From the NCBI GenBank assembly GCA_018062705.1, contig JAGORQ010000002.1, positions 7,450 through 71,449 of the forward strand: a DNA stretch of 64,000 nucleotides. Direction: 5' to 3'. The stretch is from Candidatus Shapirobacteria bacterium. Its GTDB lineage: Bacteria; Patescibacteriota; Microgenomatia; UBA12405. The notes below the pieces were generated by a model, which was not told the origin of the DNA, made no database searches, and saw only the letters and a list, made by a program, of their open reading frames with translations. The position numbers and the translations under genes were made by a program. Shown one piece after another: positions 47,009 to 55,847 of this stretch. Numbering within the stretch: the first letter of the stretch is position 1; every line of letters begins with the position of its first letter.

Positions 47009-47270
47009 AATTCATTACTTCTTCAAATTTTTTTATAATTACTTCTTCAATTTCACGACCAATTTGACTGCTAATAGGGTAAATAAATGGAATGTTTTTG
47101 TCACCTATTTTTTTGTTTGGATATATCAATCTATACCCGCCTAGTGGACGGGTATGTATAGCAACTGAGCCAACATAAATAGAGTTATCAAAAACGAAGC
47201 TAGCAAAGCCAACCAAACCATTGATTGGACGAATAGGTGTGATAGATATTTCATTTATTTTTTGATTCAT
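46980..47270 (-). CDS. SpoVG-like protein
   Basis: ISITPIRPINGLVGFASFVFDNSIYVGSVAIHTRPLGGYRLIYP...PISSQIGREIEEVIIKKFEE aligns with SpoVG. Confidence 0.6.
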   Translation of the reverse strand: MNQKINEISITPIRPINGLVGFASFVFDNSIYVGSVAIHTRPLGGYRLIYPNKKIGDKNIPFIYPISSQIGREIEEVIIKKFEEVMNYDRHGDIGY

Positions 47271-47472
47271 TTTGCTTTTTTAATTTGGCAAGTTGTATGC
47301 CTTTTTTAATACTATCGATTTGAGCCTGTTTGTAGGCTGTTTCAAATGCTAGCCATAGCATTTCCTCAAATTGTGAGTTCTGATTTTGTTTCATACTTTT
47401 TCTCCTTGGCCATATTGGCCTGATCAATTTCAAATAATAATTGAACATATTCGGCAAGTTTTGATAAGTCAT
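47251..47472 (-). CDS. small hypothetical protein (start uncertain, overlaps alternative ORF 47366..47554)
   Basis: ORF track only. Confidence 0.25.
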   Translation of the reverse strand: MTYQNLPNMFNYYLKLIRPIWPRRKSMKQNQNSQFEEMLWLAFETAYKQAQIDSIKKGIQLAKLKKQNESKNK

Positions 47473-47627
47473 CAGCAGATAGGTTAAGACCCTCTGGTGT
47501 ATTGATAATTTTTGGCGTTACCTCAGTAACTCCTTGGTGGCTCCTCTCTTGCACAAATGTAGATTACAGTTGATTGATTGTGCCGTCGATTACATTGGAA
47601 AAGGTGACACTGTCACTTTCTTACATG

Positions 47628-48353
47628 TCACGATTTCGTATAGCGGTTATAAAGTTTTTTTACACTTGTGCCATTTACCTTCCCGTCTTTTACATCTTGA
47701 TCGTCAGGGTTTTCTTCACAAAGAATGTCAGCGATTTTGTCGAAAGTATTTTTCTTTGATTCATTTCTTAGCTCCACAATTCGTTTTAGTCGTTCTGCCT
47801 TATCTAATTTGGCAATGGCTGGTATTATACCCTTGTAGTGATCAAACACTTGACCAACTATTTCACCTCCCTTTTCGTCAACCCAATCTTTTAATCCAGA
47901 AATAGTAATCGGTCCATGAATTTTAATTTTTAGCCAAAGTGAGTGGTCGGCAAAGTTATGGTCGGTCTGATATTTATATGATGATGAAATTCGATAGGAC
48001 CCAATCTCTCTTCGTTTACTTGCCTTTTTTAATTGTTCGTCAGCATATGGGGCAATGCCTGATTCTATGATCATCTCTAAGTCTGATTCACTTCCATCCA
48101 GTCCATATTCTTTTGCCATGTCGTAAATCAGCTTGGTATATTCCTTAAATAATTTGTCGCATTGGAACATCCTTTGATCAAACTTAAAAGTATTTCTCCA
48201 ATTTACCGTATCTTCCTCAAATCCTTCCATGCCATATTTATTTCTAATCTCATCAACTTTTGCCTTAAAATCCTTATTACATAAATACAGTAATTCAACT
48301 TTTGGTGATAGTTTATCATTAGCCATTTCTTTACATCTTGAATTATCAAACAC
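47628..48353 (-). CDS. hypothetical protein (island cargo)
   Basis: 241 aa, no recognisable motifs. Confidence 0.5.
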   Translation of the reverse strand: MFDNSRCKEMANDKLSPKVELLYLCNKDFKAKVDEIRNKYGMEGFEEDTVNWRNTFKFDQRMFQCDKLFKEYTKLIYDMAKEYGLDGSESDLEMIIESGIAPYADEQLKKASKRREIGSYRISSSYKYQTDHNFADHSLWLKIKIHGPITISGLKDWVDEKGGEIVGQVFDHYKGIIPAIAKLDKAERLKRIVELRNESKKNTFDKIADILCEENPDDQDVKDGKVNGTSVKKLYNRYTKS

Positions 48354-48465
48354 CCTATTCTATCAGTCCAAAATAACTAAATCTAAAGGAATTATAGGAA
48401 ATATAAACCATATGATTTACATTTACGACTTGGGTTGATGAGTAGTTGTTTGGTAGAATCAGGCT

Positions 48466-49452
48466 ATGAAGATGCAATTAAACGAAGCAACTGATTTGTC
48501 TGTTAGATTTCTTCAAAGGCTAGAATTGTCCGAGGTTGAGTCAAAATATATTACTGAAAACCTGGTCGAAGCCGAATTAGCTGGTCGTAAAACTCATGGA
48601 TTTATTCGTCTACTCTCATTTAAGAAAACATTCGATAGTCAAAAGCTAATTACAGGTGAATTGCCTCTAAAAGTTATTAGTGAGACATCAAACTCTATTC
48701 ATATTGATGGCCAATTCAAGCTTGGGTATGGTCCGATATACCAGTCACTGGAAATGGCAATTCCAAAAGCCAAACAATCAAAATTGTTTAGCGTGGGCAT
48801 TAAAGACTTGGGTGTAACTGGTTACATTGGTGCATATGCCAAAAAAGCCACTGAGCAAGATTTAATCTTTATCGGTTTTAATAATTCTGCTGGTGGATTA
48901 GTGCCTTATGGCTCGATAAGTGCGATGTGGGGCACAAACCCAATTACTGTTGGTATTCCTACTAATAACTATCCAGTAATTTTGGATATGGCTTCAAGCC
49001 AAATTACTTGGGGTGATTTATTAGTGGCTAAAAATTCAGGTAAAGAAATTAAAAGTGGAACTGCTATCGATGGCGAAGGAAGGATAACAACTGATCCATC
49101 AAAAGCAATGGAAGGTGGACTGCTACCCTTCTTCGGTCACAAAGGGTCAGGACTAGCGTTTATTGTTGAGTTGCTAGGTGGAGCTTTGACAGGATCAAGA
49201 GTAGGTAATAATGTTGCTGGCGGTTGGGGATCATTTTATATCTTGATTGACCCGACATTATTTAGACCTATACAAGATTTTAAGGATAATATCCAAACTG
49301 CAATTGACGAGTTAAAAAATTCACCCAAAATGGCAGGATTTGATGAAATATATTTTCCTGGTGAACAGTCGGCAAAGTTAAGTGAAGAGCAAAGGAAATC
49401 AAACACAGTTGAAATTGATGATGGGTTATTAGAAAAGATAAAAAATATATAA
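48466..49452 (+). CDS. Ldh_2 family (malate/L-lactate/sulfolactate dehydrogenase-like) oxidoreductase
   Basis: GRKTHGFIRL, FFGHKGSGLAFIVELLGG. Confidence 0.7.
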   Translation: MKMQLNEATDLSVRFLQRLELSEVESKYITENLVEAELAGRKTHGFIRLLSFKKTFDSQKLITGELPLKVISETSNSIHIDGQFKLGYGPIYQSLEMAIPKAKQSKLFSVGIKDLGVTGYIGAYAKKATEQDLIFIGFNNSAGGLVPYGSISAMWGTNPITVGIPTNNYPVILDMASSQITWGDLLVAKNSGKEIKSGTAIDGEGRITTDPSKAMEGGLLPFFGHKGSGLAFIVELLGGALTGSRVGNNVAGGWGSFYILIDPTLFRPIQDFKDNIQTAIDELKNSPKMAGFDEIYFPGEQSAKLSEEQRKSNTVEIDDGLLEKIKNI

Positions 49453-49454
49453 TT

Positions 49455-49868
49455 ATGATTAAACTATCCAAAGCAACTGATAAAGAAAATCTAGGTAAAG
49501 AATGGCAAAGTTTCACTGTTGAAAAGTATGGTAAGGGTGCAAAATGGATAGAAAAAAATTATAGATTCAAAGCAGTTGATAATGGAAAAATACTAGGAAC
49601 TATTGAAGGAAAATATGAGCCAGGAGTTATTTATATTGCCGCCTTAATGGTAACTGATGAGGCTAGAGGTAAAGGAGTTGGAACATTGCTAATAGATAAG
49701 GTTGAAGAATATGGTAAAAAACTAGGTGCTCACAGAACATGGCTTAGCACTGGTAAAGATTGGTCAAATCGGTCTTTTTACGAAAAACTAGGATTCAAAG
49801 AAATGGCAAAATTATCTGATTTTTATTTTCATCAAGATTTTGTTGTTTACACCAGATTAATAAAATAG
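49455..49868 (+). CDS. GNAT family N-acetyltransferase
   Basis: ARGKGVGTLLIDKVEEYGKKLG motif A. Confidence 0.7.
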   Translation: MIKLSKATDKENLGKEWQSFTVEKYGKGAKWIEKNYRFKAVDNGKILGTIEGKYEPGVIYIAALMVTDEARGKGVGTLLIDKVEEYGKKLGAHRTWLSTGKDWSNRSFYEKLGFKEMAKLSDFYFHQDFVVYTRLIK

Positions 49869-49878
49869 TCATACCCAT

Positions 49879-50895
49879 ATGAAAATCCAAGCACTAGCAG
49901 TCTTAAAATCAGGTGAGTCATTGTCCACTTTTGAATATGAGGCAATAATTGGACCAAATGATGTATTGATTGATTTGAAGTATTGTTCAATGACCAAAGG
50001 CGATATTCGTTTTATGTCCAACTTTTGGAATGACACTAAATTTCCACTGGTTCCAAGTTCCGAAGCGTTTGGAGTTATTAGCCAAATCGGAACCGAGGTA
50101 AAAGACCTTGTGGTTGGTGATTACGTCGGTCTTGGTTATCAAATGAGCTCTTGTCACCGATGTGAGTATTGTTTGTCAGGTAAAGAGCAGTTTTGCCTTG
50201 ATCAAAAGGTTGTATGTGTCGGAGGGTTTGGTGGATTAGCTAAACAAATTGTTTTTGATAGTCGATTTGTTTTTAAGATTCCAAGTAACCTTCAGGATCC
50301 GAAGTATGTGCCATTGATGTGCTCTGGCTTGACTGTTTTTTCAGCAATTAATAGAGGTGGACCAAAATCAGGAATGAAAGTTGGGGTTGTAGGGATTGGC
50401 AATCTTGGACACCTAGCTGTGCAAATACTAGCCAAAATGGGCTGTGAAGTGTCGGTTTTTACTCATCGACCTGAAAAGAAAGCTGAACTTTTAGCTCTTG
50501 GAGCAACTGAAGTTATTGACAGCACATCAGTTGATGAGTTGAAGAATCAATCGAAAAAGTTTGACTTGATATTATCAACATCTTCAAAGTCACTTGATTG
50601 GCCATTATACATTTCTGCCCTCAAACCACTTGGCAATTTAATGTTTGTAGGTCTGCCTGAAAAAGAAATAACATTCCCGATTGAAATGATGGCTGACTAC
50701 GCCCAGCGTGGAGTTTTGGGAAGTTATATTGGCAGTCCATCAGAAATGAAAGAGTTGCTCGAATTTTCTAGTAACTATAATTTATCAGCCAATGTCAAGG
50801 TAGTTCCTGTTGCTCAAGTTGCTCAGGCGGTAGCTGATATTGTCGAAGACAAATCAAACTTTAGCACTGTAATTGACTTGACCGATTGGAAATAG
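49879..50895 (+). CDS. zinc-dependent alcohol dehydrogenase (MDR, cinnamyl-ADH-like)
   Basis: CHRCEYCLSGKEQFC structural zinc site; VVGIGNLGH Rossmann. Confidence 0.8.
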   Translation: MKIQALAVLKSGESLSTFEYEAIIGPNDVLIDLKYCSMTKGDIRFMSNFWNDTKFPLVPSSEAFGVISQIGTEVKDLVVGDYVGLGYQMSSCHRCEYCLSGKEQFCLDQKVVCVGGFGGLAKQIVFDSRFVFKIPSNLQDPKYVPLMCSGLTVFSAINRGGPKSGMKVGVVGIGNLGHLAVQILAKMGCEVSVFTHRPEKKAELLALGATEVIDSTSVDELKNQSKKFDLILSTSSKSLDWPLYISALKPLGNLMFVGLPEKEITFPIEMMADYAQRGVLGSYIGSPSEMKELLEFSSNYNLSANVKVVPVAQVAQAVADIVEDKSNFSTVIDLTDWK

Positions 50896-51008
50896 TCCAT
50901 TTGGTAAGTTAATCCAAAAGGAGTTTAACTGGTCCAAACGGATGAAATCAGTGTTATTCTGTTCACATTGAAAGTTTAATAACGCATCTACTAGGGGTAA
51001 CTAAAACT

Positions 51009-51305
51009 ATGAAAAAACTCTTCACTTACGATCGTTACCCACAGGGTCGGCCAACCTCCAAAAAAGTTGAAATCAAATGTATTAATTGCGCCACCACCCA
51101 GTTTATCTATCAAAAAGATGGTAGTGGTACTCTTGAAAAACTATTTCTCGACCTAATTCTCGACAATCCCCAAGTCAAAAACAATCAAAAGTTAATTTGT
51201 CCCAGTTGCGAAAAAGTCTTAGGCACAAAGTTTAGTCACGGTTCAGTCAATCGCCTAGCCTTCAAGCTATATCCCGGGTCTATTTACTATAAAGTGGTAA
51301 AATAA
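51009..51305 (+). CDS. small zinc-ribbon protein (CxxC...CxxC), hypothetical
   Basis: CINC...CPSC. Confidence 0.5.
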   Translation: MKKLFTYDRYPQGRPTSKKVEIKCINCATTQFIYQKDGSGTLEKLFLDLILDNPQVKNNQKLICPSCEKVLGTKFSHGSVNRLAFKLYPGSIYYKVVK

Positions 51306-51416
51306 TAACCATGCAAACTATCGACGAGCTCGCCACCGAACTAAAGCTAAACCCAGAACAGGTTGAAAAAATTCAACACTATATCAACAAACTAGTTGTT
51401 GAACTGCTTGAAAGTA

Positions 51417-52103
51417 TCAAGGAAGATAATGATCGTAACTTTGATGAGACAATCGCCAATCTCCAATAGCCATCTCTTCGCCGTGACCGGGTAACACCCT
51501 AACTCTATTTGGAAGTTCCAGTATGCTTTGTAAGCTGGCATCCATCTGCTTTTTTGATGAATATTCGTGAGTTGTCTCACCCACTGTCCCGTCGGCAAAC
51601 ATCATGTCACCAGTAATAATAAATTCCGCCTCGGGGCTATAAAAACACAGCCCGCCAGGTGTATGTCCCGGAGTTTTCATCACTTTTAGTCTAAATTCAC
51701 CCAATCTAATTGCCCTGGCCCGGGTCATATCGATATCTATCCTTTTAATATTCGGTACTTTTATTTTCCGTTTCAAAAAATGCTCAGCTGTTTCTCCCAA
51801 TCGTTGCACCAAAAACAAATCGGCTCCATGTACCGCCAGTGGAATATTGAGCATCAATTTTATATCCAAAGCTCCGAGCATATGATCAAAATGTCCATGG
51901 GTGGCAATAATTGACAAAACTTTTATCCCCAGTCTTTGAATTTCGTCCACAATTTCCACTCCGGCATCTGCCGGGTCAATCACCACCCCTTCCTTTGTTT
52001 CTTCATCCCACACCAAGTAGCAGTTGGTATTCATATCACCCAGCACTAATTTTTCATACTTCAGCATTTTTCTATTATATTCAATTTTTCCAACATTATC
52101 CAC
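51417..52103 (-). CDS. MBL-fold metallo-hydrolase (glyoxalase II-like)
   Basis: IIATHGHFDHMLG, GHTPGG. Confidence 0.85.
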   Translation of the reverse strand: MDNVGKIEYNRKMLKYEKLVLGDMNTNCYLVWDEETKEGVVIDPADAGVEIVDEIQRLGIKVLSIIATHGHFDHMLGALDIKLMLNIPLAVHGADLFLVQRLGETAEHFLKRKIKVPNIKRIDIDMTRARAIRLGEFRLKVMKTPGHTPGGLCFYSPEAEFIITGDMMFADGTVGETTHEYSSKKQMDASLQSILELPNRVRVLPGHGEEMAIGDWRLSHQSYDHYLP

Positions 52104-52150
52104 CTCTTTTTAAATTTTAAATTCTAAATTTTAAAATTAAACTGGTATAA

Positions 52151-52810
52151 TTGAGTATGCCTCTATCCAACACTCCTGCCAAGCGTTTATTTGTCGGTGG
52201 TTTGCCCTTCAAATATACCGAAGGTCAGCTACTAACCCTGTTCGCACCATTTGGTCGGATAATTTCTCTCCAAATTGCCCACAATCAGTGGGGCAAAAGC
52301 CGAGGACTAGGTTTTGTTGAATTTGATTTACTCGAATCAGCCGTTGCCGCCCAAAAAGAACTCCACAATCACCGGGTTGATGTCGACCGCACCATAATTG
52401 TCGATTTTGCCAAACCGGATCCACTAACCACACCCGAGGGTATTGCTAATCGCGAAGAGGCACTCCGCCGTCGACCAGTTCGTCGTCAGGCCGAATTTGT
52501 CCCTACCGGCCGACCTTTTGATCGTGGTAGCAAGTTTACTGCTTCCCGCCCAGCCCACAATACCGACCGTGATACTTATGGTAAAGATGGCTATTTTTCG
52601 GATAGGGCCAGTAAACCAGGTCTTAAAAAGTTTGGCACCAAAAGTTTTGGTCCCAAAAGTGCCCGCAAACCTGGTGCTCAAAATAGTTTTGGTGTTTTTG
52701 GCAAGGCGCCAAAGTTTGGTTCTCCCGATCGTCAATCAGTCTACGATTCTCGTGCTCATCATTCCCGCGTCGGTGCCAAGTTTGCCTCCAAAAATAGAAA
52801 ACAGAAATAG
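52151..52810 (+). CDS. RRM-domain RNA-binding protein with Arg/Lys/Gly-rich tail
   Basis: LFVGGL (RNP-2), RGLGFVEF (RNP-1). Confidence 0.8.
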   Translation: MSMPLSNTPAKRLFVGGLPFKYTEGQLLTLFAPFGRIISLQIAHNQWGKSRGLGFVEFDLLESAVAAQKELHNHRVDVDRTIIVDFAKPDPLTTPEGIANREEALRRRPVRRQAEFVPTGRPFDRGSKFTASRPAHNTDRDTYGKDGYFSDRASKPGLKKFGTKSFGPKSARKPGAQNSFGVFGKAPKFGSPDRQSVYDSRAHHSRVGAKFASKNRKQK

Positions 52811-52818
52811 ACTTTTAT

Positions 52819-53886
52819 ATGGATTTACGACAGTTAATCAATTCCAAATTTGTCATTGGCTTAGCGCCAATGGATGGTGTAACTGACGAAGCTTATCGTC
52901 AAACTCAGTGTCACATCTACAAACCCGACGTAATTTTCACCGAATTCACCAGTGCCGAGGGCATTTCTCGTGGTGGCGTCAAGCTCTATGACGAATTGTT
53001 ATATTCTGCCAACGAACGCCCAATTATCGGCCAAATCTTTGGCAAAGATCCAGAAAGTTTTTATAAATCTGCCATTATTTTAACCCATCTTGGTTTTGAT
53101 GGCATTGACATCAATATGGGCTGCCCCGCCAAAAATGTCACCCAGCATGGATCTGGCGCCGCCTTAATTGGCAAACCTGAGCTTGCCTCCGAACTAATCG
53201 AATCAGTCCGGCAGGGGATTAATGACTATTGTGAGGGCAAGGTCGGCATCAATGACATTGGCCTCAAAAAATCCACCCTCGACGTTATCGATCGCAATTT
53301 AAAATACTCCGGTCTTACCCCCTCGTTATCAAAGAGGGGGCAGGGGGAGATTTTGATCCCAACTTTGTCTCTCAAAACCCGCCTCGGCATCGACTCCGAC
53401 GTTTCCGACACCTGGATTCCCCACGTCCTCAAACACAAATTGGATTTTATGACCCTTCATGGTCGAACTCTCCGCCAAGGTTATTCAGGTCTGTCCAATT
53501 GGGAGAGTATTTCTCGCGCCGCCATGATCGCCAAAGAATTACACACCCCTTTTTGGGGCAACGGTGATGTTACCAATATTTCCCAAGCCCAAGACTACGG
53601 CACAAAATACGGAGTTACTGGAATATTAATAGGTCGCTCAAGTATGGGTAATCCCTGGATTTTCACCGACCACCTCCCCACATGGACCGAAAAATTTGCT
53701 GTCATGAAGTATCACACCCAAAAATTTATCGAGGTTTACCCCGAGCGTCGGCTAGATCCATTACGTCATCACTTCATTCTTTTTGTTTCCGGTCATCCTC
53801 GCGCCGCCGAACTTCGCCAAAAAGTCATCCGAATTGAATCATTTGAGCAACTTTGTGCCCTTGAACCCGACTTCATCAACTGCTAA
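52819..53886 (+). CDS. dus: tRNA-dihydrouridine synthase with in-frame R3 hairpin repeat
   Basis: LAPMDGVTDEAYR, GIDINMGCPAKNV; repeat 53317-53353 encodes LTPSLSKRGQGEILIP. Confidence 0.85.
   Translation: MDLRQLINSKFVIGLAPMDGVTDEAYRQTQCHIYKPDVIFTEFTSAEGISRGGVKLYDELLYSANERPIIGQIFGKDPESFYKSAIILTHLGFDGIDINMGCPAKNVTQHGSGAALIGKPELASELIESVRQGINDYCEGKVGINDIGLKKSTLDVIDRNLKYSGLTPSLSKRGQGEILIPTLSLKTRLGIDSDVSDTWIPHVLKHKLDFMTLHGRTLRQGYSGLSNWESISRAAMIAKELHTPFWGNGDVTNISQAQDYGTKYGVTGILIGRSSMGNPWIFTDHLPTWTEKFAVMKYHTQKFIEVYPERRLDPLRHHFILFVSGHPRAAELRQKVIRIESFEQLCALEPDFINC
53317..53353. repeat. R3 hairpin in frame in dus
   Basis: ccccctcgttatcaaagagggggcagggggagatttt. Confidence 0.75.
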
Positions 53887-53896
53887 AGTTATCCGT

Positions 53897-54301
53897 ATGT
53901 CCGATACCAATCAAAACGCTATAACCCTAGTTAATGTCGAAAGTCTCATCAATAGTCATGACTCTCGCCTCAAAACCCTCACCGACGAAATGCGCACCCA
54001 AAAGCAAATGCTCAACGATTTGCTCGAAAACGACAATGAATATGTCGATGCCGCCAAAGAAGCTGCCAAGTTTGCCAAGATGAAAACACTCTCCAAGAAA
54101 AAAGTTATGGCCAAGCCCGAAGCCAAAATGGTCGTCGAAAAACTCACTGATCTTCAATCCCAGCTCAAAGAGCTTAGAGTCGCTCTTTCCGACTATTTAT
54201 CCCAATATGTCACCCTGGCTGGCACCAATCAAATCGAATTAACCGACGGTATTCTCCGCCAAATCATCTACACCGCCAAGCTCGTCAAAAAAGGTGATTA
54301 A
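53897..54301 (+). CDS. coiled-coil hypothetical protein
   Basis: 134 aa; the track start 53783 overlaps dus, so ATG 53897 is preferred. Confidence 0.5.
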   Translation: MSDTNQNAITLVNVESLINSHDSRLKTLTDEMRTQKQMLNDLLENDNEYVDAAKEAAKFAKMKTLSKKKVMAKPEAKMVVEKLTDLQSQLKELRVALSDYLSQYVTLAGTNQIELTDGILRQIIYTAKLVKKGD

Positions 54302-54383
54302 TTATTTTTTAAAAAACTTTTGTAACTTGTTTTTTGGAACTTGTTTGGAAATTGTAGATTTGTAATTTGTAGATTTAATAAAA

Positions 54384-54692
54384 ATGTCACACATAATTGG
54401 CACCAAACAAAACTTCAAACCAGAGGTGTCTGAATATAAAGGTATGGTTTTAGTTGATTTTTGGGCTGAATGGTGCGGTCCATGTAAAATGCTTTCACCA
54501 TTACTCGATGAAATTAGCACCGAAAATCCTGACTTAAAAGTCGTTAAAGTTGATGCTGACACCGAAATTGATTTGGCCAATAACTACAATATCAACAGTT
54601 TGCCCACCGTTTTAGTTTTTGATAATGGCAAATTGATTAAAACCATCGTCGGCTTCCGCCAAAAATCCGAGTACCTCAACGCTTTAAAATAA
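54384..54692 (+). CDS. trxA: thioredoxin
   Basis: WAEWCGPCKM. Confidence 0.92.
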   Translation: MSHIIGTKQNFKPEVSEYKGMVLVDFWAEWCGPCKMLSPLLDEISTENPDLKVVKVDADTEIDLANNYNINSLPTVLVFDNGKLIKTIVGFRQKSEYLNALK

Positions 54693-54757
54693 ACTTTTTT
54701 CGTAAAGTAGGGGTTTGCCTGCCTGCCGACAGGTAGGATTAAATGATATAATTCCTC

Positions 54758-55789
54758 ATGAATCTCCCCCAAGTACAGGCTTTTTTAAAAGAGTCTGGTC
54801 AACCAGATTACCGTTTTCGCCAAATTTCCAAAAACTATTTTTCTGGTCGCTATCAAAGCTTTTTGGAGATGACTGATCTGCCTTTGAATTTGCGTGAATC
54901 ACTCAACACCAATTCACCATTACTTTCTGTCACTCTCGACAAAATAATTGATAGTCCCAACACTCACAAAGCCCGCCTTACCCTTTCTGATGGCAAACAA
55001 ATTGAAACTGTCCTAATGGACTACGGTAGCTGGTCGACTGTCTGTGTCAGCTCCCAGGTTGGTTGTGCTCTAGGTTGTACTTTTTGCGCTACCGGCAAAA
55101 TGGGCTTTACCCGAAATTTAACTCCCGAAGAAATTGTTGACCAAATAATTTTTTGGAAATATTATTTACATAAAAGTAAAGTAGGGGCTTCGCTGGCCGA
55201 AGCCCACGAGGGGGGTTTAAGAATTGTTTTCATGGGCATGGGTGAACCCTTTCTCAATTTTGACAACTTCGTCTCCGCCACCACAATCATCAATAGTCCC
55301 GAGGGCTTAAATATTGGTCAACGCAAAATGAGTGTCTCTACTGCTGGTGTCGTTCCTGGCATCAAAAAATTTATGGAGCTGGACACCCAAATTAATTTGG
55401 CCATTTCCCTCCATTCAGCTGACCAAGCCACCCGCGCCCAAATGATGCCTATCGCTCGTCAATATACTCTGGACGAATTAATTCCTGCTATCAAAGATTA
55501 TGCCGACAAAACTAATCGTCAGGTGTTTTTTGAATATCTTTTGGCCAAAAACATCAACGATACACCGTTTCACCTAGATCTGCTCATCGACCTAATGTCT
55601 CAACACAAACTTTTTTACCTCAATCTCATCCCCCTCAATCCTATCAAGGGTGGGCTCACCCCCAGCGCCCAGTCTACTTTAAATAACTTTGAAACTGAAT
55701 TAACCCGTCACCACATCAACTATTCCATCCGCCAATCCTTGGGACAATCAGCCGCCTCCGCCTGTGGCCAACTTATAGTCGAAAAATAG
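54758..55789 (+). CDS. rlmN: 23S rRNA/tRNA adenine-C2 methyltransferase RlmN (radical SAM) with in-frame R2 hairpin repeat
   Basis: CVSSQVGCALGCTFCATG; repeat 55175-55206 encodes HKSKVGASLAEAHE. Confidence 0.85.
   Translation: MNLPQVQAFLKESGQPDYRFRQISKNYFSGRYQSFLEMTDLPLNLRESLNTNSPLLSVTLDKIIDSPNTHKARLTLSDGKQIETVLMDYGSWSTVCVSSQVGCALGCTFCATGKMGFTRNLTPEEIVDQIIFWKYYLHKSKVGASLAEAHEGGLRIVFMGMGEPFLNFDNFVSATTIINSPEGLNIGQRKMSVSTAGVVPGIKKFMELDTQINLAISLHSADQATRAQMMPIARQYTLDELIPAIKDYADKTNRQVFFEYLLAKNINDTPFHLDLLIDLMSQHKLFYLNLIPLNPIKGGLTPSAQSTLNNFETELTRHHINYSIRQSLGQSAASACGQLIVEK
55175..55206. repeat. R2 hairpin, coding subtype, in frame in rlmN
   Basis: aagtaaagtaggggcttcgctggccgaagccc. Confidence 0.8.
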
Positions 55790-55804
55790 GTTATAATAGT
55801 ATTG

Positions 55805-55841
55805 CCCTATTCTTAAATCTTAAATCCTACTTCTTAAATCT
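55805..55841. repeat. R5 repeat between rlmN and obg
   Basis: ccctattcttaaatcttaaatcctacttcttaaatct. Confidence 0.7.
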
Positions 55842-55847
55842 TTTTGT

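Larger units (their letters stand above)
42168..48440. mobile_element. integrated mobile element at tRNA-Gln (serine recombinase, R-M, Xis-like, Rep_trans-like, SpoVG); right boundary approximate
   Basis: Markedly more AT-rich than flanks; all genes on the minus strand; recombinase 3' end overlaps the tRNA. Confidence 0.6.

Noticed and set aside
47366-47554. 62-aa minus-strand ORF overlapping 47251..47472 in another frame
   Set aside because: At most one of the two can be real and neither has recognisable features. Only one is listed, at low confidence.
54302-54580. 92-aa minus-strand ORF overlapping trxA, and small ORFs 54584..54772-, 55827..56075-, 55873..56103+, 56100..56297- overlapping rlmN/obg
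   Set aside because: They conflict with thioredoxin, RlmN and Obg, which have unambiguous motifs.
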